Part shown: positions 13,823 to 23,979 of the stretch, in pieces
Layout of the letters: every line of letters begins with the position of its first letter
Position numbering within the stretch: the first letter of the stretch is position 1
NCBI GenBank assembly: GCA_041494705.1
Contig: JBGQBI010000006.1
Span: 30,001 to 62,000, forward strand
Direction of reading: 5' to 3'
Length of the DNA: 32,000 nt
Source: Candidatus Methanoperedens sp.
Lineage (GTDB): Archaea; Halobacteriota; Methanosarcinia; Methanosarcinales; Methanoperedenaceae
Position numbers and translations under genes: made by a program
Notes under the pieces: generated by a model
Databases searched by the model: none
Told to the model about the DNA's origin: nothing
What the model saw: the letters and a program-made list of their open reading frames with translations, nothing else

Positions 13823-15370
13823 ATGCATATGACTGTATCTTTAGGGCAGACATTATTAGTTCAAAACGCTGACGCCTTGAGAAAACTGGCTAACGACAAA
13901 TTAAAAATTGAAACTAAAGCGGAGTTAGGACAATTTATGACTCCTGCTCCAACCGCTACATTTATGGCTTCTTTATTTCCAACACCGAGAAGCAACAAAA
14001 TTTATTTGTTAGAGCCAGGCGCAGGAGTAGGAAGTTTGACTTCTGCATTTTTGGCACGTACAAAAGAATGGAATACTGTTGATGAAGTGAGAGTAGATGC
14101 TTATGAAGTTGATGAAACAATGCTTCGATACCTTGGGAAAAATCTTGAGTCATGCAAAGCTACAACCGAGCAAAGCAATCTACATTTTGTATTTAAAATA
14201 TTCAATGAAGATTTCATCTTAAGGGCTTCGGACAGAATATTGACTGCAGAAGGAATGGGGGCAGTAGAAGAGAAAAAATACACCCACTGTATTATGAATC
14301 CTCCTTATAAGAAAATTTCCAGTTCATCTCGTCACCGTAAGTCATTGCGTTCTGTCGGGATTGAAACCGTTAACCTATATTCTGGATTTGTAGCTTTATC
14401 TATATTGCTATTGGAAACTAATGGATATCTTGTTGCCATTATACCGCGTAGTTTTTGTAATGGACCATATTACAGACCTTTTCGAGAGCATATTTTAAAG
14501 TATTCCGCGGTTAGGCATATCCATTTGTTTGCCTCCAGAGACAAAGCATTCAAAGAAGATAATGTTTTACAGGAAAACGTGATAATCATGCTTCAAAAGG
14601 GCGGAGAACAAGGAGATGTTACTATCTCTACGTCAACAGATGACAGTTTTTCCGATCTAATTAATACCACGTATCCTTTTAGACAAATTGTACACCCGGA
14701 TGACAAGGGCTTATTCATTCATATTCCTTTATCGGAAAAGATTGATTTCATCAGTGAATCACAATCTTTTTGTTATTCTTTGAACGATATTGGAATTCAA
14801 GTTTCAACAGGACCAGTGGTTGACTTTCGCCTAAAAGAACATCTACAAGAAATGCCGCAGAAAAGTACAGTTCCATTACTTTATCCCTGTCACTTTTCAT
14901 CAATAAGAGCCATGTGGCCTTTAGAAAATGGTAAAAAACCTAATGCCATTGAGTATAACGATAAAACAAAGGGATGGTTTTTTCCCAATGGCTTCTATAC
15001 TGTCGTTCGCCGTTTCTCGTCAAAAGAGGAAAAACGAAGAATTGTCGCAAGTTTTGTTTGCCCTGACCAATTTAGGGAAACAGATTTTCTCGGATTTGAA
15101 AATCATCTGAATGTATTTCATAAGAATAAAAAAGGAATTTCTGAAACATTGGCTAAAGGACTGGCAGTATACCTCAATTCAACAGCTGTAGATGATAACT
15201 TCCGCAGATTTAGCGGACATACACAAGTAAATGCAACAGACCTAAGAATGATGAAGTATCCTAGCCGGAAAATATTAATTCGTCTCGGAGAATGGGTTAA
15301 ACAGCAAGACTATATAACTACAGATATGATTGATGAACAGTTGGAGATAATTGAGAATGGAAATAAATAA
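13823..15370 (+). CDS. Type II N6-adenine DNA methyltransferase (Eco57I/BsuBI-PstI-associated gamma-class MTase)
   Basis: AdoMet motif LLEPGAGVGSL and catalytic motif IMNPPYKKI. About 515 aa and paired with a BsuBI/PstI-family endonuclease. The ORF-track start at 13802 is a TTG; I prefer the ATG at 13823. Confidence 0.85.
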   Translation: MHMTVSLGQTLLVQNADALRKLANDKLKIETKAELGQFMTPAPTATFMASLFPTPRSNKIYLLEPGAGVGSLTSAFLARTKEWNTVDEVRVDAYEVDETMLRYLGKNLESCKATTEQSNLHFVFKIFNEDFILRASDRILTAEGMGAVEEKKYTHCIMNPPYKKISSSSRHRKSLRSVGIETVNLYSGFVALSILLLETNGYLVAIIPRSFCNGPYYRPFREHILKYSAVRHIHLFASRDKAFKEDNVLQENVIIMLQKGGEQGDVTISTSTDDSFSDLINTTYPFRQIVHPDDKGLFIHIPLSEKIDFISESQSFCYSLNDIGIQVSTGPVVDFRLKEHLQEMPQKSTVPLLYPCHFSSIRAMWPLENGKKPNAIEYNDKTKGWFFPNGFYTVVRRFSSKEEKRRIVASFVCPDQFRETDFLGFENHLNVFHKNKKGISETLAKGLAVYLNSTAVDDNFRRFSGHTQVNATDLRMMKYPSRKILIRLGEWVKQQDYITTDMIDEQLEIIENGNK

Positions 15371-16316
15371 CAACCACCCGTATATTAAAGATGCAATTAA
15401 TATTCTCAAGTCTTTAGGAATGCCTCGTGCACAACAAAACGAACGCTCCGCTCTTTGCCTACTTGCTTTATTGAATTTAACTCCTGATAAAACATGGGAA
15501 CAATCCGAAAATCCGCTTATTGGAATTACACCAATAATGGATTGGGCGAGGCAGTATTATAATAAGGATTATGCCCCAAACACCCGAGAAACCGTTAGGA
15601 GGCAATCAATGCATCAATTTGTTGATGCTGGAATTGCACTTTATAATCCGGACCAACCTGAGCGGTCTGTAAATAGTCCGAAAGCGGTATATCAAGTAGA
15701 ATTAAATGTTCTAAAACTACTTCGTACTTTTGGTTCTGATGAATGGCATGATAATTTAATTGCTTACTTAGCAGAACGTGAGACATTGTCTGCACAGTAT
15801 GCTAAAGAGCGAGAACAAAATCGCATTCCACTTCAAATTGCCCCTGGAAAAAAAATTACTCTGAGCCCCGGGGAGCATAGTGAATTAATAAGAGAAATCA
15901 TTGAACAATTTGGTCCACGATTCATCCCTGGAGGTATTATTGTTTATGTAGGTGATACTGAGGACAAATGGATATATTATGATGCCCCATTGTTAGCAAA
16001 ACTTGGAGTTGTTGTAGATGCTCATGGCAAGATGCCTGACGTAGTTTTATTTTGCGCAAAACGAAATTGGTTGATTTTGATAGAATCTGTTACAAGTCAT
16101 GGTCCTATTGATGGAAAACGACATTCAGAGCTATCAAGCTTATTTGCTGACTCTAAAGCCGGGCTTGTTTATGTTACCGCATTTCCAAATCGTTCATTCA
16201 TGGGGCGATACCTTAGTGAAATTACATGGGAAACAGAAGTCTGGGTTGCTGATTCACCGTCACATCTTATTCATTTTAATGGTGTCAGATTTTTAGGGCC
16301 ATATGATGAAAACTAA
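15357..16316 (+). CDS. BsuBI/PstI-family type II restriction endonuclease
   Basis: INILKSLGMPRAQQNERSALCLLALLNL...LIGITPIMDWARQYYNKDYAPNTRETVRRQSMHQFVDAGI..NPD.P.RSVNSP matches my recollection of the BsuBI/PstI REase N-terminal region. It is 319 aa, overlaps the MTase stop by 14 nt, and has GGAG 10 nt upstream of the ATG. Confidence 0.8.
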   Translation: MEINNNHPYIKDAINILKSLGMPRAQQNERSALCLLALLNLTPDKTWEQSENPLIGITPIMDWARQYYNKDYAPNTRETVRRQSMHQFVDAGIALYNPDQPERSVNSPKAVYQVELNVLKLLRTFGSDEWHDNLIAYLAERETLSAQYAKEREQNRIPLQIAPGKKITLSPGEHSELIREIIEQFGPRFIPGGIIVYVGDTEDKWIYYDAPLLAKLGVVVDAHGKMPDVVLFCAKRNWLILIESVTSHGPIDGKRHSELSSLFADSKAGLVYVTAFPNRSFMGRYLSEITWETEVWVADSPSHLIHFNGVRFLGPYDEN

Positions 16317-16562
16317 ATATCTATGAATATAATTAACAACAAACAGCTTTTCAAGAAACCCACCATTTTTTGCCGATAATATCTCAAAAAATGAAAAAAT
16401 CCTCATACACCCCCTCGATGCCTTGCGTTTGTAACAGGGTTCGTTGACTGAATTTAACCTCGAACCTACATCCTGATACGCTTTTTTTTTTACGGAGACT
16501 ACATGGCAATAAGTTTGTTTAGCATCGAAATCTTTATTGAGTTCTAAAATATTGTAATTCCT

Positions 16563-17042
16563 ATGTCAGAAATCCTTATAGTCTATTATTCAAGAGCAGG
16601 TAACACCGAAAAGCTCGCAAAGGCGGTCGCCGAAGGCGTGCGCGAAGGCGGGGGAAACCCGACGCTGAACACGGTGGATGAAGTCGATATGAACAAACTT
16701 CCAGAATATGACGGCATCATAGCAGGCTCCCCGGTCTATTTCGGGATGATGGCAGCAGAGCTTAAAAAATTCTTTGACGAATCCGTCGTAATGGTGAGGA
16801 AAAAGATGGTCAATAAAGTGGGCGCAGCCTTTGTCACGGGCGCGCACAGGACTGGCGGCAAGGAAACCACGCTCATCTCCATACTCCAGGCAATGCTCAT
16901 AACAGGGCTGGTAGTGGTGGGCGACCCGCTTGAGACAGGCGGGCACTACGGCGCGGCAGGCTCGGACGAGGTCGGGTTAAAAGAGGGACGTGCGCTTGGG
17001 AAAAGAGTGGCGGAACTTGCAGATTTGATTCATCGCAAATGA
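16563..17042 (+). CDS. Flavodoxin-like NAD(P)H:quinone oxidoreductase (WrbA-type)
   Basis: ILIVYYSRAGNTEKLAKAVAEGV...IIAGSPVYFGMMAAELKKFFD... is the flavodoxin-fold FMN-binding pattern. Confidence 0.8.
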   Translation: MSEILIVYYSRAGNTEKLAKAVAEGVREGGGNPTLNTVDEVDMNKLPEYDGIIAGSPVYFGMMAAELKKFFDESVVMVRKKMVNKVGAAFVTGAHRTGGKETTLISILQAMLITGLVVVGDPLETGGHYGAAGSDEVGLKEGRALGKRVAELADLIHRK

Positions 17043-17983
17043 GTAGAAAGAAGAACAAACAAAGAATAAGCTCAAAAAAAGTAAAAGAGCAAACATCAGG
17101 TAAATCAAGAACCATCGCTATCATACTCGGTATTTTCATCATTCTGGCCCTTGTTTATTTTCTAATACCTCAGGGAAGCCAGGAATGGAAAGTGGATAAA
17201 GACGGTATTCTCTCCTATCCCGAAAACAGGGGTAAAGTTGACGTCAAATTGCTTAATATCACAAAGGAACGCAACGATTCTCTTGAAACTATTTCTTTCC
17301 AGAGCAAGGACTATACCGTAGAAGGCCTCCTTCGCATCCCTTCTTCGAACAAAAAAGTGCCTGCGGTTGTTCTTCTTCCCGGCGCCACAGTCCCGAAGGA
17401 AGGAACGCAGGGGCTGGCTGAGATTTTATCCGGCATGGGATACGCAAGCATTGGCATCGAGCAGCGAAACCGCGGAGGCGTGGACATGGAATACGATTAC
17501 AGTTTATTCAAGGATGGCAAGGAACCTGTAGAGCATAAGATGGTGTTCGATGCCCTGCGGGCGGTTGATGTTTTGAAGCAGGATTCAAGGATTGACGCAC
17601 AAAGAATCGCTATTATCGGGGAAAGCAATGGCGGGCGCTTTGCAATCATAGCAGCGGCACTTGACCCCGGTATTAAAGGAGTTATAGGCATAAGCACAAG
17701 CGGCTATGATACAGAGTCGCAGCTCGTCAATGTTCGGAATGAAACTATTATCAGGTTTTATCGCTCCATCGACCCCGATACGTATCTTGGTTTTATCCCT
17801 CCCCGCAAATTCGTGATGATGCATTCTGTAAATGACAATATAATCCCGATAAACCTAGCTGAGAACACATTTAAAAAAGCAAAAGAGCCAAAACAGTTTT
17901 ATAGCGTAACGACCGGAACTCATGGCTACAGCGAAGGCATGTTGAACCCACTTGAGAATGAATTGAAGCTTATGTTCCAATGA
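17039..17983 (+). CDS. Membrane-anchored alpha/beta hydrolase (dienelactone hydrolase-like)
   Basis: N-terminal TM segment IAIILGIFIILALVYFLI and nucleophile elbow GESNGG. The C-terminal ...TGTHGY supplies the His. The start overlaps the upstream stop (ATGA). Confidence 0.75.
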   Translation: MSRKKNKQRISSKKVKEQTSGKSRTIAIILGIFIILALVYFLIPQGSQEWKVDKDGILSYPENRGKVDVKLLNITKERNDSLETISFQSKDYTVEGLLRIPSSNKKVPAVVLLPGATVPKEGTQGLAEILSGMGYASIGIEQRNRGGVDMEYDYSLFKDGKEPVEHKMVFDALRAVDVLKQDSRIDAQRIAIIGESNGGRFAIIAAALDPGIKGVIGISTSGYDTESQLVNVRNETIIRFYRSIDPDTYLGFIPPRKFVMMHSVNDNIIPINLAENTFKKAKEPKQFYSVTTGTHGYSEGMLNPLENELKLMFQ

Positions 17984-18002
17984 TTGTGGTGAGGAGAATC
18001 GA

Positions 18003-18072
18003 CCACAGAGCACACAGATATCACAGAGGGTTGCCGCTTTTCTCTATGTCCTCTGTGCTCTCTGTGGTTTTT
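18003..18072 (+). terminator. Imperfect long inverted repeat followed by T5
   Basis: CCACAGAGCACACAG...CACAGAGG pairs with CCTCTGTGCTCTCTGTGG and is followed by TTTTT (18068-18072), just downstream of the hydrolase stop. Confidence 0.4.
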
Positions 18073-18150
18073 CAAACCGGAAAATAATAAGAAGTCTATG
18101 ATTTTAAACGCAAAACCTTAAAATAGCATTGCCTCCAACTTATATGCAGG

Positions 18151-19632
18151 GTGAGGTTTTTGCAGGAATACAAGTTTTTCATAAACGGAGAATGGTTAGA
18201 ATCAAGTGATGGCGAGACATTCGATGATATCAATCCGGCAACACTTGAGTTAATCGGCAAAATCCATAAAGCATCGGATGAGGATGTAAAAAGTGCCGTG
18301 GACAGCGCGGAAGAAGCTTTCGATTCATGGAGCAGCACACCAGCCCCGCAGCGCGCTAAGATACTTTTCCGTGCGGCAAGGATGCTTGAGGAGCGAAAAG
18401 AAGAGCTTTCGCGCCTCATGACAACCGAGATGGGAAAAGTCCTGAAGGAAGCGCGGGGTGACGTCCAGGAAGCCATCGACATAGCGTATTATGCTGCGGG
18501 CGAGGGAAGGCGTCTTCTCGGAGAGACCACGCCCTCAGAACTCCCGGATAAATTCGCAATGACGGTGCGCCGGCCGATAGGCGTGGTGGGTCTCATCACG
18601 CCCTGGAATTTCCCGATAGCGATTCCGGCATGGAAGATAATGCCCGCACTCATATCGGGGAATACGCTGGTGCTTAAACCTGCAAGCGACACACCAATTA
18701 TGGCAATTGAACTTGTTAAGATACTTACCGAAGCTGGGCTTCCAAAAGGAGTCTTGAACCTTGTGACGGGTGGAGGGGATACGGTGGGAAGCGCGATTGT
18801 CCATAACAGGAAAATCCGCGCTGTTTCATTCACAGGCTCGCTTGAGACTGGAAAATGGATATTGGGCGAAGCAGGAAAGGAGATGAAACGGGTATCGCTT
18901 GAACTTGGAGGAAAGAACCCAATCATAGTCATGGATGACGCAGACCTGAATCTTGCCATCGATGGTATAATCTGGGGCGCATTCGGGACGACAGGGCAGA
19001 GATGCACAGCCGCAAGCCGCGTCATAGCGCATGAAAAAATACTTCCAGCACTTTTGAAAAAGCTCATCGAAAGAACAAAGAAGCTAAAGCTCGGAAACGG
19101 CCTTGATGAGAATACCGATGTCGGGCCTGTCATAAATAATTCGCAGCTTCAAAAGATTGCAAAATATGTGGATATCGGAAAAAATGAAGGCGCAAAACTT
19201 TCATTTGGCGGGAGAATTGTCCATCCCCTGCCAGGTTACTTTTTTGAGCCGACTATCTTTACAGATGTCACCCCTGATATGCGCATAGCCCGGGAAGAGA
19301 TATTCGGTCCGGTCGTTTCCTTGCTCTCTACCTGCGACCTTGAAGAGGCTATAAGGATAGCAAACTCGGTTGAATATGGTCTATCGTCTTCGATTTATAC
19401 CGGGAACATAAAAAATGCCTTCAAAGCCATCGAAAAAATCGAAGCTGGCATCACGTACATCAATGCATCAACCATAGGCGCGGAAATCCACCTGCCGTTT
19501 GGCGGCGTGAAATCAACCGGGAACGGAACGCGCGAGGCCGGGACTACGGCTATAGAAGAGTTCACGGAATTAAAAACTGTTTATATTGATTACAGCGGAA
19601 AACTCCAGAAAGCGCAGATAGATATCGAATAG
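18151..19632 (+). CDS. NAD(P)+-dependent aldehyde dehydrogenase (succinate-semialdehyde dehydrogenase-like)
   Basis: FINGEW..., ...ELGGKNP..., ...GQRCTA... (catalytic Cys) and ...EEIFGPV... are all present. GTG start. 493 aa. Confidence 0.9.
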   Translation: MRFLQEYKFFINGEWLESSDGETFDDINPATLELIGKIHKASDEDVKSAVDSAEEAFDSWSSTPAPQRAKILFRAARMLEERKEELSRLMTTEMGKVLKEARGDVQEAIDIAYYAAGEGRRLLGETTPSELPDKFAMTVRRPIGVVGLITPWNFPIAIPAWKIMPALISGNTLVLKPASDTPIMAIELVKILTEAGLPKGVLNLVTGGGDTVGSAIVHNRKIRAVSFTGSLETGKWILGEAGKEMKRVSLELGGKNPIIVMDDADLNLAIDGIIWGAFGTTGQRCTAASRVIAHEKILPALLKKLIERTKKLKLGNGLDENTDVGPVINNSQLQKIAKYVDIGKNEGAKLSFGGRIVHPLPGYFFEPTIFTDVTPDMRIAREEIFGPVVSLLSTCDLEEAIRIANSVEYGLSSSIYTGNIKNAFKAIEKIEAGITYINASTIGAEIHLPFGGVKSTGNGTREAGTTAIEEFTELKTVYIDYSGKLQKAQIDIE

Positions 19633-19646
19633 GGGAAAAGAGAAAT

Positions 19647-20927
19647 ATGAATAAAAATACAACAAAATCAAGGGAAATCATAAAGCGCGATAATAAAGTT
19701 ATGTCGCCGTCCCTCACGCGATCGTATGAACTTGTGATTGACAGCGCCGAGGGTTCGACAATATTCGATGTTGACGGCAGGAGCTACATAGATTTTGCAT
19801 CAAGCGTAGCCGTCATGAATATCGGATATAACTGCAAGAAAGTAAAGCAGGCTGTGTGCGCCCAGATGGAAAAAATGGTGCACTGCGGATTTTCGGATTT
19901 TTATGCCGAAATCCCTGTAAAACTATCAGAGAAACTTTGTGAAATGACAGGATACGAAAAGGTATTCCTTTCAAATTCAGGGGCGGAAGCGGTTGAAGCT
20001 GCCATGAAACTTGCGTTCTGGTACACGAAAAGGAATTCGATGGTGGCTTTCTACCGCGCTTTCCACGGAAGGACGCTGGGTGCGCTCTCCTTGACAGGTT
20101 CAAAAATAAAGCATAAAGAGCACTTCCCGTCGTTCCGGGTCGTGCATTCACATTACGCGTACTGCTACCGCTGCCCTCTTAACCTTGAATATCCTGGATG
20201 CGGCATCTCATGCGCCAGGGAAATTGAGAGGACTATTTTCAAGCGGGAACTCTCGCCAAAAGATACGGCTGCCATCGTTGTGGAACCCATACAGGGTGAG
20301 GGGGGTTTCATCGTCCCGCCGCCGGAGTTCCATAAGGAGATACGAAGGATATGCGATGAGAATGACGTTCTTCTGATTGCTGATGAAATCCAGAGCGGGG
20401 GCTTCCGCACAGGTGAATTCATGGCAATGGAGAATTTTGACGTGAGGGCGGATATAGTGTGCATGTCAAAATCCATAGGAGGCGGCATACCTCTTGGCGC
20501 CACGCTGTCAAGCAGCAAGATAATGAGCTGGCCGCCGGGAACCCATGCCAACACCTTCGGCGGCAATCTGCTTGCGGCTGCCGGGGGGGTTGCCACGCTT
20601 GAATTCATGGAGAGCGGCAAACTCGGGGAAAAAGCGGTTGAAAAGGGAAACTATCTCCTCAAACGCTTAAATGAGCTTAAAGACAAATACCCGCTAATCG
20701 GCGATGTGCGCGGTATCGGTCTTATGATTGGCATCGAGCTTGTTGAAGAAAACAAAGCTCCTGCGGCGCAAAAGCGTGAAATCATAGTAAAAAAAGCGCT
20801 TGACGGCGGATTGATACTGCTTCCAGCGGGCGATTCTGTAATCAGGTTCGTGCCTCCTTTGATAATCAAGAAAAATGAGATTGATAAAGGGCTTGAGATA
20901 TTTGAGGATGCGTTAAGGAATACCTGA
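19647..20927 (+). CDS. Class III PLP aminotransferase (4-aminobutyrate/acetylornithine aminotransferase family)
   Basis: ...SNSGAEAVEAAMKLA..., ...LLIADEIQSGGFRTG..., ...MSKSIGGG (PLP Lys). 426 aa. Confidence 0.9.
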   Translation: MNKNTTKSREIIKRDNKVMSPSLTRSYELVIDSAEGSTIFDVDGRSYIDFASSVAVMNIGYNCKKVKQAVCAQMEKMVHCGFSDFYAEIPVKLSEKLCEMTGYEKVFLSNSGAEAVEAAMKLAFWYTKRNSMVAFYRAFHGRTLGALSLTGSKIKHKEHFPSFRVVHSHYAYCYRCPLNLEYPGCGISCAREIERTIFKRELSPKDTAAIVVEPIQGEGGFIVPPPEFHKEIRRICDENDVLLIADEIQSGGFRTGEFMAMENFDVRADIVCMSKSIGGGIPLGATLSSSKIMSWPPGTHANTFGGNLLAAAGGVATLEFMESGKLGEKAVEKGNYLLKRLNELKDKYPLIGDVRGIGLMIGIELVEENKAPAAQKREIIVKKALDGGLILLPAGDSVIRFVPPLIIKKNEIDKGLEIFEDALRNT

Positions 20928-20959
20928 TTTACACCAGACGTAAACTATAAATACTATAG

Positions 20960-21027
20960 TTCGTATATATACGAATGTTAGTGGGCAGATTTTTTTAACA
21001 TACCACCATAATCCCCTCTGCCCACTA
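20960..21027. terminator. Palindromes between convergent genes, possibly a bidirectional terminator
   Basis: A perfect 16-nt palindrome TTCGTATATATACGAA (20960-20975). An 11-bp inverted repeat, TAGTGGGCAGA (20979-20989) and TCTGCCCACTA (21017-21027), with T7 following the left arm. Confidence 0.35.
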
Positions 21028-21039
21028 CCCTCCTTTTAT

Positions 21040-22065
21040 CTAAACAGATTTTTCAAGAACCGAGATACGTCTTGTCAGGCTTTTATGCACCCTCTGTATA
21101 TGGGTTTCGACAATTTTAAAACCCGCCTCTTCAGCGAACCCTTCAATCGGGCGTTCGGAAATAAAGACCGCGCGTTTTCCTCTTTTTAATACCCGGTGAA
21201 TCTCTTTTAACGAACCTGTAAGCAGGGCTTCAAGGGAAAAAGCTTTGATTGCAGCCGACCTGCCATAAGGAGGGTCGGTGACCACGGCGTCCACGCTCTC
21301 ATCGCGAATTGCCAGGCGGCATGCATCCTCAAACATCAGCGCATAACGGACATTGTAATGCAAAAGATTCATTTTTGCGCCAAGCAGCAATTTTCGCTGC
21401 ATATCTCCCCCGATGACCTTTATCCCGATGAGTCCGGCTTCGACGAGTATCCCACCTGTCCCGCAGAACGGGTCTAATAAATAATTCCCGGGTTTTGAAA
21501 TATTTACAAGCGCCCGCGCCACACGCGGCATCAGGACGCCGGGATAAAAAAAGGGTTTGTAATGGGGTTTTCTCGCCTCAAATGAACTCCTGTCAATCGA
21601 ACCGGAAATATTCCCGAAGATGCTCTTATCCTCTGTAAGCAGCACCCTGAACTGCATTTTGGGATTTTTAAGGTCGGCATGATAACCCCTGTCAAAAAAA
21701 ATCCCGCCGAGCCGCCGCTCCATCAGTTCTGTGTTTATACTGGAATATTCCCTGACGCGCCTGACCCTGATGCTGTATGTTCCTTCAAAGTCCGAAAGAT
21801 TCTTGTTCACCATATCCAGGATATCCCTTTCATCAGGTCCGTCAATGCCCACTACTTTAATGATATGATGGGTCATGGCAAGTCTTCCTGTAAGGATTCT
21901 TGTAATTTCATCGGCATTGCTTTTAAGGTCGATGATTAAACACCCATCAAGTGAGAGATGTATCTGGAAATCAGCTTTTAATGCTTCAAGACAGGCAAGT
22001 ACCTCTGATTTCGGAATGGTGTCGTGCTCGCCTGAAAGTTCAAATGCCAGTAACATAATACTCAA
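21040..22065 (-). CDS. THUMP-domain tRNA (guanine-N2)-methyltransferase (Trm-G10/Trm11-like)
   Basis: LDPFCGTGGILVEAG (AdoMet binding) and VVTDPPYGRSA (the DPPY catalytic motif), with an N-terminal THUMP-like region. Confidence 0.8.
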   Translation of the reverse strand: MSIMLLAFELSGEHDTIPKSEVLACLEALKADFQIHLSLDGCLIIDLKSNADEITRILTGRLAMTHHIIKVVGIDGPDERDILDMVNKNLSDFEGTYSIRVRRVREYSSINTELMERRLGGIFFDRGYHADLKNPKMQFRVLLTEDKSIFGNISGSIDRSSFEARKPHYKPFFYPGVLMPRVARALVNISKPGNYLLDPFCGTGGILVEAGLIGIKVIGGDMQRKLLLGAKMNLLHYNVRYALMFEDACRLAIRDESVDAVVTDPPYGRSAAIKAFSLEALLTGSLKEIHRVLKRGKRAVFISERPIEGFAEEAGFKIVETHIQRVHKSLTRRISVLEKSV

Positions 22066-22079
22066 GCCTAATACTCAAA

Positions 22080-22889
22080 CTATACTGTGAAGCTTTCCTT
22101 TAATTCCTTTAGTATTTCTGCCATGACACCATGCCATAAAAATTGTTCCTCAAGTCTTTCTGATATTATTTTTTTAGTGTATGTATCTTCTATCCAGACG
22201 ACGTTTTCGTATTCCACGTTTTTCAAAATAAGACCGTACGCGGGAGCGGGTTCAAGCCCCTCGGTGAATTCTGATGGCGTAAGCATCTGCTCAAGCCATG
22301 AAATATCCTTTGCGCCGCTGCCTATAATTTTCATTGCGGTTGCGATTTTCCTGACCATGTGCCAGAGAAAGTAGTTTGCCCTGATATCCATGATTGTGAA
22401 ATCCCGTTCAACCCGAATCTTTATTTTTTCTATTTTGCATTTACTGGTTCTTTGCTTATCAGGCGTGGCAAAATTTGAGAAGTCATGCGTTCCTTTTAAA
22501 AGTCTTGATGCGTTTCGAAGGGATGAGATGCTGTATTTCCCGCACATGATATACCTGTATTCCCGGCTCTGGGCATCACGGCGCGGGTCAAAGCCGGATG
22601 GGACTTGTGCTCTTGCCCATGTCCATATCGTTGCAGGAAGCCTGCTGTTAATAGCCCTGGGATGTGCCACTTCGGGATTGTCAGTATCGAATGCTATCAC
22701 CTGGCCAAGGCCATGAACGCCTTTATCAGTCCGCCCCGCTGCGATATAGTTTGCTTCATGGCGGGTATTGATGATGTTTAATTCCTCAAACGCTTTTAGA
22801 AGTTCCCCTTCTATGGTATTAACGTCGGGCTGCACCTGAAACCCATGATAATCGGTGCCGATGTAGGCAACTTTTAAGGCGATGCGCAT
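22080..22889 (-). CDS. truA: tRNA pseudouridine(38-40) synthase
   Basis: MRIALKVAYIGTDYHGFQVQP...AAGRTDKGVHGLGQV, which includes the catalytic Asp motif. Confidence 0.9.
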   Translation of the reverse strand: MRIALKVAYIGTDYHGFQVQPDVNTIEGELLKAFEELNIINTRHEANYIAAGRTDKGVHGLGQVIAFDTDNPEVAHPRAINSRLPATIWTWARAQVPSGFDPRRDAQSREYRYIMCGKYSISSLRNASRLLKGTHDFSNFATPDKQRTSKCKIEKIKIRVERDFTIMDIRANYFLWHMVRKIATAMKIIGSGAKDISWLEQMLTPSEFTEGLEPAPAYGLILKNVEYENVVWIEDTYTKKIISERLEEQFLWHGVMAEILKELKESFTV

Positions 22890-22994
22890 GGGGTTTAAAT
22901 TGATGAGTGGATATATAAATTATTGCTAAAAAATGAAAGACAATAAATATTATCATCCTCAAACTCTTCAGGATACAAAATAAGGTGAAAACCC

Positions 22995-23918
22995 ATGCCA
23001 AAAATCACAATCATCGGCGCCGGCGCTGTGGGCGCGACAGCAGCGCAAAGAATCGTAGAAAAAGAACTCGGGGATGTAGTCCTTACAGACATAGTTGAAG
23101 GACTGCCGCAGGGGAAAGCCCTTGACCTCATGGAAGCAGGGCCTCTATTCGGATATGATTCAAAAATAACAGGCACGAATGACTATAAGGATATCGAAGG
23201 TTCGGACGTGGTTGTCGTCACCGCAGGAATTGCAAGAAAACCCGGCATGACAAGGGAAGACCTGCTGAAAATAAATACCAAAATCATCAAGGAAGTTTCG
23301 CAGAATGTCGCAAAATACGCGCCTGATTCCGTGGTCATCACGGTCACCAACCCGCTTGACATAATGACCTATGTCACCATGAAGACCACGGGCTTTGACC
23401 CGGCGCGGGTGTTCGGGATGAGCGGCGTCCTGGATTCAGGGAGATTTGCCGCATTCATCGCCATGGAACTTGGCTGCTCCGTCCGCGACATAAGCGCAAT
23501 GGTGCTCGGTGGGCATGGCGATACCATGGTTCCGCTTCCGCGCTTTACCACAGTTTCGGGTGTCCCAATCACGGAACTCCTGCCTGAAGATACAATCAAG
23601 CGTCTCGTGGAGAGGACGGTCAACGGCGGGGCTGAGATTGTCAATCTCCTGAAAACCGGAAGCGCCTTTTATGCGCCTTCAGCCGCAGTGACTAACATGG
23701 TAGAGGCGGTTGTGAAGGATACAAAAAGGGTTCTGCCCGCGTGCGCTTACCTTAACGGCGAATATGGCAAGAAGGACATTTATCTTGGCGTTCCTGTGAA
23801 ACTCGGGCGCAAGGGCGTGGAAGAGATAATGGAACTAAAGCTGACTACTGATGAGAAAAAAGCCCTTGACAAGTCGGCAGAGGCAGTTAAGTCAGGAATA
23901 GCGGAACTATCCGCATAA
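22995..23918 (+). CDS. mdh: Malate dehydrogenase (LDH-like family)
   Basis: KITIIGAGAVGATAAQ...LTDIVEGLPQGKALD...VVVTAGIARKPGMTREDLL...GGHGDTMVP. Confidence 0.9.
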   Translation: MPKITIIGAGAVGATAAQRIVEKELGDVVLTDIVEGLPQGKALDLMEAGPLFGYDSKITGTNDYKDIEGSDVVVVTAGIARKPGMTREDLLKINTKIIKEVSQNVAKYAPDSVVITVTNPLDIMTYVTMKTTGFDPARVFGMSGVLDSGRFAAFIAMELGCSVRDISAMVLGGHGDTMVPLPRFTTVSGVPITELLPEDTIKRLVERTVNGGAEIVNLLKTGSAFYAPSAAVTNMVEAVVKDTKRVLPACAYLNGEYGKKDIYLGVPVKLGRKGVEEIMELKLTTDEKKALDKSAEAVKSGIAELSA

Positions 23919-23979
23919 TTGCGAAAAGGATATAAGCAGGACGTATGAATAAACGGTTTATTATCACGAGGTCATTCAT

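Noticed and set aside
13610-13828. A 72-aa minus-strand ORF in the AT-rich spacer upstream of the methyltransferase
   Set aside because: It is an AT-rich, low-complexity translation in a promoter-like spacer with no supporting signals.
16440-16500. GGTTCG...CGAACC inverted repeat followed by T11, considered as a tRNA-fragment att site marking the island boundary
   Set aside because: Only the hexamer GGGTTC resembles a tRNA T-arm. There is no match to the tRNA-Glu 3' half at 12302-12325. It is more simply a terminator-like hairpin with an oligo-T tract after the R-M genes.
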